Shown: positions 52,585-64,000 of the stretch, one piece after another
How the letters are laid out: each line of letters starts with the position of its first letter
How positions within the stretch are numbered: position 1 is the stretch's first letter
DNA from: Eledone cirrhosa
Lineage: Eukaryota
NCBI GenBank assembly: GCA_964016885.1
Contig: OZ024748.1
Coordinates: 54,002,001-54,066,000 of the forward strand
Direction of reading: 5' to 3'
Length of the DNA: 64,000 nucleotides
Translations under genes and position numbers: made by a program
The notes under the pieces: generated by a model
Database searches by the model: none
Told to the model about the DNA's origin: nothing
Seen by the model: only the letters and a program-made list of their open reading frames with translations

Positions 52585-52777
52585 TGGATTGGCAGTGTCG
52601 GTAGAAGATCGGATGCCATGCTTTGACGCATAGAGTTACGGCCCTTGCCATTCTGTGTTCAAATCCAGCCGAGGTTAACTTTGCCTTTCATCCTTACGGG
52701 GTCGATAAAATAGAGTACCAGTAATGAACTGGGTAATTGCTGGCCTTGTGCCAAAAATAGAAACAATTATTATTATT
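52585..52777 (+). mobile_element. SINE family A (further partial copies at about 50655-50765 -, 52143-52262 +, 59351-59485 +, 61205-61368 -, 63020-63140 +)
   Basis: Head, B-box, core and tail match the other copies. Confidence 0.9.
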
Positions 52778-53224
52778 AATGATTACAAAATTAAATTAAT
52801 TACAAAATATTCCTTTTAACTAATTATTTGATTTATTCCATTTGCTGTATAGAAAATAAAAATATATATTTTTAAATGAGACCCCTGAGGATGTGTGGCC
52901 CTAAGTTAGAGCTTATATAGGTATATATTTAGCATATAGGTAAGTCCAGCACTGGAGGACGAGGTAGTCGATGTAATTGCTGCTCCTATATATCTTACAT
53001 AGGAGCAGGCATTGGCGTTTGTTGAAGACGTGCGTTTCACAATCATGTGGTTCTGCGTTTAGTCCATTCCTGCTGCGCACCTCCTCTCCCTCCTAATCCA
53101 CTCTCTTCTAAACTCTTTCCTTCTCTCCCTCGTACTCCATCTTCTTTTCATTCTCTCTATTCCTTCACCTCATACTCTTCCGACCATCTCACGTAGCTTC
53201 TACTACCACCACAACACCATCATA

Positions 53225-53430
53225 ACCAACACCAGCACCGCTACTACCACAACCATACCAACACCAACACCAACACCGCTACTACCACCACCATACCAAC
53301 ACCAGCACCGCTACAACCAACACCAGCACCTCTACAACCAACACCAGCACCTCTACAACCAACACCAGCACCTCTACAACCAACACCAGCACCTCTACAA
53401 CCAACACCAGCACCGTTACAACCAACACCA
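53225..53430 (+). repeat. 21-bp minisatellite caccagcacctctacaaccaa
   Basis: About 6 regular units plus degenerate flanks. Confidence 0.88.
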
Positions 53431-54004
53431 CCACCACCACCACCACCACTACCATCACTACTACCACCACCACAACAACAACCTACACCACCATTACGAA
53501 CACCAGCACGGCTACTACCACCACCACTAACACCTCCACCACTACCACCATCATCACAACCACAACAACAACAACCAACACCATCATTACCAACCACTGC
53601 ACCGACTATTCCTGCCAACCACCACCACCACCACCATAACCAAAACCACCAACATTTCCATCACCGCCACCACCATCACCACTACCCCCCCCCCCCTACC
53701 ATCTCTTCCTTTTTATCTATCTCTGCCGATCTTCATCGCTTCGACTCCCCTTCTCCTCTTTCTCTTCCTACTATTTATCAGCAGCCGCCTCCCCATCCCT
53801 CTCTTTCTCTCTCTCTCCCTCTCTTTCTCTCTCCCTCTCTCACTCTATATCTATCTATCTTTCACCCTCTTACACTCATACCCTCACTCACATTCTCCTT
53901 ACAGCCATCTTTCGCTTTCAATCCTTTTCATTTCTGTGTGTGTGTGTGCCTGCATTCATAAGTATGTGTTGTTAATTATACACACACACACACATACACA
54001 TACG

Positions 54005-54044
<40 letters not shown>

Positions 54045-54987
54045 CGTACTTGTGCATTTGTAAGTGTGTATGCACTTGTAGTATTGTGTGTTTCTACGCC
54101 GTCACTCACTCTATCTGTTTGTTGATGTACGTGTGCCTATCTGTTTGCCTCACTCTCTCTCTCTTTTCTCCACCTATTCATCTTAGTCTCTCTACCTCTC
54201 CCTTTCGCAATCACTCTCACTTACTCTCTCTCTCTCCCGCACACAACCTGTCTCTCTCACGCACACACCTCCGTGTATCTCTCTCTCACATACACACCCT
54301 CTAGTGTATCTCTTTCATACATATCCGTCTCACACACACACACACCCTCTCTTTTCCTCTCTCTCTCTCTTCCTCACACACCCTCTCTCTCTCTCTTCCT
54401 CACACACACCCTCTCTCTCTCTCTCTCTTCCTCACACACCCTTTCTCTCTCTCTCTCTCTCTTCCTCACACACCCTTACCCTCTCACTCACTCTCACTCC
54501 CTTACACTCTCTATCTCACGCGCATCCTCTCTCTCCCTCGCACCCTCTCTCTCTCTCCCTCGCACCCTCTCTCTCTCCCTCTTTCTCTCCCTCGCACCCT
54601 CTCTCTCTCCCTCTCTCTCATGTTCCCCTGTTCAGCAATGTATCTAAGCCAAGCCACTCCCCAACCGAGCTGTAGTTAAAACATGTGTTTTGATGTTGTT
54701 ATACAATGTCAGATGGTGTACTCTAACCTAAACCGTACATAGCTTAGCTATGTGGCATTACCTCTTCTTGGACACGGTCTACCTTACTACAATACTAACA
54801 GATTTTTTCAGGTAGCAGGTAATACGACCACACATAACATACCACACACACACACATTCTTATATGACCACCAACACTCTTATAATATGACCACACATTC
54901 ACACACATCTATATATACATACCCATGTATGTGTATATATATATATATATACACACATTCACACACATCTATATATACATACCCATG

Positions 54988-55021
<34 letters not shown>

Positions 55022-55291
55022 ATGTGTGTACGTATATATACACACATGTATAAATATAGATTTAGCAAGAATCGTATTTCGGCGGGACTATGTATATATA
55101 AACACATGCACATACTATATATATATATATATATTATACGCTTTCATTATATATATATATATATACGCTTTCATCCAGTGAATATCCAACCGATAAGGTA
55201 TGATTTTCATGGGTATGTCTCTATTTATACATATTTATACATATATATATATAAGACGATTTGTTAAGGCAACATTACGTTTATTACACTC

Positions 55292-55323
<32 letters not shown>

Positions 55324-55350
55324 CTTTAAAAGATGATATATAAATGTGTT

Positions 55351-55418
<68 letters not shown>

Positions 55419-55839
55419 AACACATTTATATATCATCTTTTAAAGTCTGTATTCTCTTGTAGTAAGAGTTACGGGCACAATCACGTATATTTTAATTATG
55501 ATAAACACACAATTATATATGCATGCATCTGTGTAAGTGAGTGTGTGCGTATCAACTTACACGTTTTCTTTCTATATTCAAACAAACACTCGTACGTTTG
55601 TTTACACACACGTACGTAATCATGTCCCACACATTGCATACTAACACAATCTCACAAAATATATATGTACACCACAAGTATGAAACACACGCACACACGC
55701 ATATATATATATATATATATATATTACATATATGATTTGTACGTATACACGCACACATTGTGTACTAGCATACAACTCGGAGTAATAGTATTCATTTATT
55801 GTACACACTGACAAACACACACACACGCTGACAAACGCT

Positions 55840-55871
<32 letters not shown>

Positions 55872-55957
55872 TGTAATAAAACATAAATATACTGTTATGT
55901 ATTATTTTTATTATTAACTGCGATATTATTTACTTCCACCCATACTGGTCTCGGTAT

Positions 55958-56039
<82 letters not shown>

Positions 56040-56394
56040 TAGTATACATACATATGTACGTACTAGTGGACATAACCGCATTCACCTGTATATGAAACGT
56101 TATACATACACACATACACGTGTATGTATGTTTTTCCAAATATATACGTAAAATTCACGTGCGCATATACGCACACGTGGTAGACGATAAAACCGCAATC
56201 ATGTCTGCTACATTACATATACACTAAATTACGCAGATATATACGTAAATGGCACATACACTCACATATATGCAACTGGGCATAACCGCATCTGCGTATA
56301 TATATATTCACACACATACACCTGGAAATCTATATATATACTCAGAAAATATATATGTGTGGTCGATATATTTCGATTGATACGCACACACACT

Positions 56395-56449
<55 letters not shown>

Positions 56450-56677
56450 ACACACACACATAAACCTTGAAATCTATATTTATGCTAACACACACACACA
56501 TACACACGTGTGTGTGAAGGAGGGGGTTCTATTTATAGATATGTCAATACTACATTATACACACACACACACAAGTATACACACATATCACTCGTTATTG
56601 AGTAACAATAAAAACACATTCTATGGTGATCGAAAGTCAGATAAACTTGCATTGGTTCTCACATATTGTTCTCACGC

Positions 56678-56709
<32 letters not shown>

Positions 56710-56941
56710 ATGTGTGTGTGTGTGTGTCTGTGTTGTTATTGATGATGTTAAGAAAATAAGCTTAGCTTGAGGGAGTAAGGAGTCGGGGTGGTAGTAAAAG
56801 TCTTTCTTGGGAATTCATGTGATTTCTCTGAGAAATATTTGTTCAGAAAGCAAATCTTTCATTATCTATATCTATCTATATGTATATACATGTACGTGTG
56901 TATGCATACATATATATATATATTTACACACGCGCACACAT

Positions 56942-56977
<36 letters not shown>

Positions 56978-56978
<1 letters not shown>

Positions 56979-57106
56979 GGAGAAAGTATGACCCCGACGG
57001 CAGAGATCAAGCCGTTTCGACGGCTATTTCTGGACTAAAGTACTGGACTAAGTATTGAGTACTCTAGTGCGTTATGGTCCATCTGGTTCCTTACCACAAC
57101 TCCTCC

Positions 57107-57108
<2 letters not shown>
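56978..57108 (+). mobile_element. Hairpin-tail family C deletion variant
   Basis: One arm + ctaaagtactggactaag junction + tail; (TA)n flanks. Confidence 0.9.
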
Positions 57109-57149
<41 letters not shown>

Positions 57150-57151
<2 letters not shown>

Positions 57152-57400
57152 GAGGTTATATTTAATTTGTTGGGATACAACAAGCAAAATATTTTTATAC
57201 TGATATAAAGCACTCAACAAATTATTGGAGTAAATATATTAACAAATGGAAACTATATATATAAAACCATATTTATTTCATTATACATATTTCAAGGGCC
57301 ACTAAGGCAAACTATGGTGCGCTTTCATCAGATAAAATATAATATAGGTTAGTTTTATAAATAAATATTGACATACCCTGAAAAAATGCAACCATTCTGG
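57150..57400 (-). mobile_element. Family D copy without a fold-back arm
   Basis: aaatggaaactata..tataaaaccatatttatt and tcatcagataaaata match 23290 and 33630. Confidence 0.8.
57274..57339 (-). ncRNA. Type I hammerhead ribozyme (family D, diverged)
   Basis: Minus strand: tattttat-CTGATGA-aagcgcacca...gtggccctt-GAAA-tatgta-TA-atgaaata. Confidence 0.65.
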
Positions 57401-57505
57401 TTGGAATCTCCTGGATTGTGGAGTTATTAGATTTATTGTTGGTTTATTATGCAAATTAGTGTCGGAAAGGTTTAAATAACAGTATATTTAAATTAAGCCG
57501 TTGAA

Positions 57506-57553
<48 letters not shown>

Positions 57554-57554
<1 letters not shown>

Positions 57555-57685
57555 ATGAAGGAGTTGTGGTAAGGAACCAGATGGACCATAACGCACCAGA
57601 GTACTCAATACTTAGTCCAGTACTTTAGTCCAGAAATAGCCGTCGAAACGGCTTGATCTCTGTCGTCGGGGTCATACTTTCTCCT
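57554..57685 (-). mobile_element. Hairpin-tail family C deletion variant (inverted twin of 56978-57108)
   Basis: Same private junction and gagatcaag substitution. Confidence 0.9.
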
Positions 57686-57704
57686 ATATATATATATATA
57701 CACA

Positions 57705-57809
57705 CAGGGTCTCCCAAAAAAATATATTCACACTTTGATTACCTGTACTGGCAATATTTATTAGAATGTTATTCAAGTGTGTATGTATTATGGGGTGGGG
57801 GACACCCTG
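57705..57809. mobile_element. Tc1/mariner-type MITE
   Basis: TIRs cagggtctccc / gggacaccctg followed by TA. Confidence 0.7.
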
Positions 57810-57814
57810 TATAT

Positions 57815-57920
<106 letters not shown>

Positions 57921-58240
57921 GCACATATGCGTAGTGTGTGTGTGTGTGTGTGTATTATATACGTACCGTCTCTAGACAACGTCATGTACAGATAAACACA
58001 CGCCCACACACGCATTTGGGACATAAACACGTGTATGTATGTATGTATGTATATGTAAGAATGTTGTGTCTGTATCGTCGGCATGTGTGTTTATATATTT
58101 TGAATATACATCCACATACACACATTATGTATGTGAGTGATTGTGTATATTGTTTTAGTATATATATATATATATTTACAGAAAACTCGGACACCGTTTC
58201 GTCACAAGAAAAATATCTATACATACGTGTACGTTGTGGC

Positions 58241-58310
<70 letters not shown>

Positions 58311-58790
58311 GTCTGTGTACGTATATTGTAATTTTTTGTGCAGCTGTTGTCGTTAGAATGTACGAATAACGTTTTATATTAATTACACGCGCATACATAT
58401 TGAAATATACACACATACATACATACATATACACATATATACACATTGAAATACACACACACACACACAAGACACAAATTAAACGTCAATCGCCGCATGT
58501 GTGTGTGTATGTCTGTCTGAGAGTGTATGTATATATCAGAACCCCACACTATGACAATTCATTATGACCCCCCTCCCCCCGAGGCTGACATTTTTTCCTA
58601 ATGTTCCCCTCATCTAATTCCTACATGTTTCATATCACTTTTTTTTCTTGGTTGTTCTAAGACTACAATATTCTCTCTCTCTCTCTCTGACCCCCGCCTC
58701 TTTATCTCGCCCTCTCTCTCTCGATATATATATATATATATATTCTATTAATTATATGTATATATTTGTGTGTATGCAAGTATATATATA

Positions 58791-58948
58791 AAGGAAAATG
58801 TTTGACCCCGACGGCAGAGCTCAAGCCGTTTCGACGGCTATTTCTGCCATCGGGGTCAAACATTTTCCTATTACCCACTCTACTACCCTAAGTATTGAGT
58901 ACTCTGGTGCGTTACGGTCCATCTGGTTCCTTACCACAACTCCGTTTT
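58791..58948 (+). mobile_element. Hairpin-tail family C, partial right-arm deletion
   Basis: Junction at tctg microhomology; both arms carry the private atgtttgacc/ggtcaaacat variant. Confidence 0.9.
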
Positions 58949-59257
58949 ATATATATATATATTTATATATATGTGTGTGTATGTATGTATGTAATTATAT
59001 ATATATATATGTGTGTGTATGTATGTAATTATATATATATGTGTGTGTATGTATGTATGTAATTATATATATATGTGTGTGTATGTATGTATGTATGTAA
59101 TTATATATATATGTGTGTGTATGTATGTATGTAATTATATATATATGTGTGTGTATGTATGTATGTAATTATATATATATGTGTGTATCAGGGTTTCATT
59201 ACCAACTGCTAAAACGTTACAATTCTTTTTTTTTATGGTTAAAAAAATATTGAAAAA

Positions 59258-59341
<84 letters not shown>

Positions 59342-60895
59342 TTCATGATTCGTCCCTTTACGGACTGAGTTCAAATCTCGCCGAGATTAACTTTGCCTTT
59401 CATCCTTACGGGGTCGATAAAATAAACTACCAGTAATACACTGGGATAATTGCTGGCCTTGTGCCAAAAGTAGAAACAATTATTAAGGCTAAAAACTGAG
59501 TCTTGTTACTCTGGAGTTTCGCCTGGTTATCACAGGATCAGCAGATATACGGATATATATATATATATAAATATATAAATATATATATATACACGTATAT
59601 ATTTATATATATATCATGTGTGTATGTTATGTATATCGTACACTGTAGTTGTATGTATGCACACACGCACACACACACACAGGCATACACACACACACGC
59701 ACACAAGAATGTACTTGCGTGTGTGTAGACCTAAACGTGTTTTAGATGTATGTGTAAGAAGGTTTATATTCCATGTAAGAATTCCCATTCATTGCTGCTG
59801 CTGTTGTTGTTGTTGTCAGGGCCGTATTAACCCTAGGCCTTCAGAAATCTCAGGCCCCTTCTGACATTTCAAAATTAACCCCTCCATAGTCGAAAAAGAT
59901 TAACAGGGCCCCTAATACTTGCGGGAGGTCCTGGCTGTTGTTGCTGGTCTGTGTTCCCTATGTATGTGTTCGTTTCACTACTTTTCCTCCTTTGGGGAAG
60001 GCAGAAACGCCACTACATCACATACCAACTTCCAACCATACACTAACATCCTCGGCTCTAATGTGAACTCTTTCCAAATATGAAAACCGGCATCATCGCC
60101 GTCACCACCATCATCACCTTCACTATCACCACTACCACCACCACCACCACCACCACCACCATCACTATCACCACTACAACCACTACAACCACCACCATCA
60201 CTACCACCATCATCACTACCACCACTACAACCACCACCATCACTACCACCACTACAACCACCACCATCACTATCACCACCATCACTATCACAACCATCAC
60301 CGCTATCACCACCATCATCATAGCTATCATTGTCACCACCACCACCACCACCACCACCACCGCTGCCATCGTCCGCGCCGCCACCACTACCATCATCATC
60401 ACTATCACCAACACCATCATTATACAACGAATGAATGGACATGCGCCCTTTATATGACTTGTGTTGTTGATGATACTAACGTTGTTGACAGTAGGTAGGA
60501 GAATGTGAGGGAATTCTTCAGCATAGTAAGATACCTCTCTCGCTCCCCCTCTCTCGCTCCCCCTCGCTCTCTCTCGCTCCCCCTCGCTCTCTCTCGCTCC
60601 CCCTCGCTCTCTCTCTCGCTCTCTCTCGCTCTCTCTCTCTCGCTCCCCCTCTCCCTCTTTCGCTCCCCCCTCTCTCGCTCTCTCTCGCTCCGCCTCTCTC
60701 TCTTTCTCTCGCTCCCCCTCTCTCTCTTTCCCTCGCTCCCCCCTCTCTCTTTCCCTTGCTCTTTCTCGCTCTCCCCTCTCTCTCCCCCTCTCTCTCTCCC
60801 TCGCTCTCGCATATATATATATATATGAATATACACACACACCGAGGAATATGTGTATATATATATATATATGTAAGCTATTCTAAAGCATAGTT

Positions 60896-60955
<60 letters not shown>

Positions 60956-61161
60956 CAATGAGGGAGCCTTTAAGTGGTCGATCGACCTGCTAGTGTGAGC
61001 AGTTAAATTCCTTTAAATCATTGCCATATCTTTGATATGTATGTATGGACCCGTAACTTCTGGCGGAATTGTAGAAGCACTGAGGTTACTTAGAGCGTGT
61101 TTTAAGGATTTTAAACCCACTCTCTCCAAATCTGAACACAGCCAGATTCATTCCAGAGAAT

Positions 61162-61197
<36 letters not shown>

Positions 61198-61387
61198 GAG
61201 AGAATCGACTTCAGAACCGGACTGGTACTTTTTATATTTTTATATTAACTCCGAAAAGATGAAAGGTAAAGTTGACTTGGCGGGATTTGAACTCAGGGAG
61301 CTGAAAACCGAAATGAAACCCGCAAACCATTTTCTCCGACGTTCTAACGACTCTGCCAATTCGCTTCCTACTTATATATCTTACATA

Positions 61388-61586
61388 CGGGGTCGGCTGA
61401 ACAGTTCATAGGCTGACCAAGATACTCTCATGGAATGAACAAATGAGATTTATTTTTTCAACACAGTCCGTGGAAAGAAACAATGCACTTATTAATAAGG
61501 AGAGGTGAAATTAATGCAGGCAAGATTTCACAGCACTAACATCACTTCTTTATTAAGCAGTCTATGAACTTTGCAGCCCAGCTTCG
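61388..61586. mobile_element. Mariner-type MITE
   Basis: TA-cggggtcggctgaacagttcataggctg ... cagtctatgaactttgcagcccagcttcg-TA. Confidence 0.7.
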
Positions 61587-61810
61587 TATACAAACATACT
61601 AAATGGCCGAAACAGCTTTAATAATCAGATTTGACCTGGTGCTAAACAAAAACAGCAACAAACAAACACATACTAACAGATGCGCGTTTGGCCTCCTAGA
61701 AATAACAGCTAAATATTATTCACGTCGCTTCCTTCTGTTTTCGAAAAGAAAATCACATCTCATCAACATCATCATCATCATTTAGCGTCCGTTTTAACAA
61801 GAGTTGCATA

Positions 61811-61853
<43 letters not shown>

Positions 61854-61944
61854 GTATATATACACATACATATATATGTATTTGTCCAAAATAATACCGC
61901 CCACTCCCCTAAAGGGTCATGGAAAAAGTGATATGATATATATG

Positions 61945-62010
<66 letters not shown>

Positions 62011-62011
<1 letters not shown>

Positions 62012-62089
62012 TGTTGAAATGTGTATACATTTTGGGTGGACACCCTATATATAGGGTGTCCCCCCCAAAATGTATACACATTTCAACAG
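62011..62089. repeat. Palindrome formed from a Tc1-type MITE end mirrored across TATATA
   Basis: ctgttgaaatgtgtatacattttgg..gacaccctatatatagggtgtc..ccaaaatgtatacacatttcaacag; cattctaataaatat shared with the 57705 MITE. Confidence 0.85.
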
Positions 62090-62672
62090 CATTCTAATAA
62101 ATATGTGTATACATTTTGTGTGTGTGTGTGAATGTATACATACATACACATATATATGTATATATGTGCGTGTGTACATACAGACAGAGTAAATCAGTTC
62201 TAAATGTGCTATAATCTAACTAAAAGACAGGATGGTCACGTCTGGAGTGCCCTGTCGTTATAGGTAGGTTTACACTATCACGAGGGGCCTGGAGCTAAAC
62301 AACAACAACAACAATATATACGTACATATATTTAAGAAAACATTCTGAGCTCTACATACACTCACGCTTCCCTTCAACATTATGACATGGCCAAAGTGCT
62401 GATGGGAAAAAAAAATCTATCTGCCATGTCGTATATTCTTTACATAGCAGTGAGCCATTCTAGTGGAAGAAACGAAGAAGATATTATATATAGAGTATAT
62501 CTGTGTATTTGGAGAATTTGGTGGGATTTTTTTGTAGTTTCTTTTTTTTTTTTTCTTTTTAAAATTATTTTCTTTATATTTTTTTGTATTTTGGTCATAT
62601 CACGTGTTAGACATTCTGTCTGTCTTTCAGTCGATTTAGTTATTTATCTATCTATCTTTATCTATCTAGCAG

Positions 62673-62746
<74 letters not shown>

Positions 62747-62783
62747 ATATCGGTCTAGCCATCTATCTCTTTTACTATCTCGC

Positions 62784-62832
62784 AAATAGCCGTCGAAACG
62801 GCTTGAGCTCTGCCGTCGGGGACATACATTTT

Positions 62833-62835
<3 letters not shown>
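62784..62835 (-). mobile_element. Family C solitary arm
   Basis: aaatagccgtcgaaacggcttgagctctgccgtcggg..cata..ttttcct-(TA)n. Confidence 0.85.
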
Positions 62836-62893
<58 letters not shown>

Positions 62894-63311
62894 AGAGAGA
62901 GAGAGAGAGAGATGAAGGAGCTCTCACACACACATACACAAATATATAGATATGTAAACATGCTTCTATACATCTGTCAAGAATATCTGTTCGCCCTTTC
63001 CAATACATTACCTATCTCTTTAAGGTTCAAACCACACCACGGTATCGTTCTAGGGTCGATAAAATAAAATAGCAGTGAAAGTACTGGGGTCGATTTAATT
63101 GATTACTCCAGGCTGTTGGTTTTGTTCCTAGAAATCATACTTAATCTCTCCTTACATCTACCGACGTGTCTTTCTCTAACACCATTCCAAGTGTGTATTT
63201 ATGCCTATAAGTATATATTAGATATACAGAGAAAATCTTATAAATGTATAATATATATATGTAACTTCACGTTACACTCCATGGATATATATACATATCT
63301 CTCTCTCTCTT

Positions 63312-63356
<45 letters not shown>

Positions 63357-63477
63357 CTATACAAATATATATATATATATATACATTTATATTTATACAA
63401 ATATATATATATATATACATATATATATACAAAAATATATACATATATGTATCTATACAAATATATATATATACATT

Positions 63478-63508
<31 letters not shown>

Positions 63509-63588
63509 GTTATATATATGTTATATATATATGTATATATATATATTTGTATAGATATATATATACATTTATATATATATCTATACAA

Positions 63589-63621
<33 letters not shown>

Positions 63622-63930
63622 CAAATATATACATATATATATATCTATACAATATATACATATATATATCTATACAAATATATACATATATATATATATA
63701 TATACATATATATATCTATACAAATATTTACATATATATATATATAAATATATCTCTACAAATATGTACATATATATATATATATATATATAAATATATC
63801 TCTACAAATATGTACATATATATATATACAAATATATATATATTTAAAATTTAAACAAGGTTCAATGAATAAATCTAAGAATGACTGAATCTTAACCATC
63901 TAGTATGTCAGGGTATGTCATGCATCATCT

Positions 63931-63997
63931 TATTTTATCTGATGAGGTCGTACTGTTGAACTTAACTCAGTACCTCTGAAATATTTATAATAAAATA
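63931..63997 (+). ncRNA. Type I hammerhead ribozyme (family D, element cut by the window end)
   Basis: tattttat-CTGATGA-ggtcgtactg(ttgaacttaact)cagtacctct-GAAA-tattta-TA-ataaaata; perfect 8-bp stem I. Confidence 0.75.
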
Positions 63998-64000
63998 TAC

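Overview
Animal non-coding DNA saturated with simple repeats ((TA)n, (CA)n, (GA)n, ACC/GGT, ATGT) and small mobile elements. The repeat landscape suggests a cephalopod (Octopus-like) genome; that is inference, not a database match. No host protein-coding exon can be supported, and nearly all long ORFs are translations of micro/minisatellites. Recognisable content: about 20 copies of one tRNA-derived SINE plus two other SINE types, non-LTR retrotransposon fragments (R4/Dong-type RLE, Tx1/L1-type, RTE), Tc1/mariner and hAT MITEs, and decayed Penelope-like element (PLE) 3' ends. Main result: at least six complete minimal type I hammerhead ribozyme motifs, and about 25 short (0.1-0.5 kb) elements of at least 9 unrelated sequence types that share one architecture, (TA)n-[long fold-back hairpin]-[single-copy tail]-(TA)n. 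In most types the hairpin arms carry either a whole hammerhead or only its 3' half (GAAA-short loop-UH). This points to a PLE/hammerhead-derived, TA-microsatellite-targeted family of fold-back elements.
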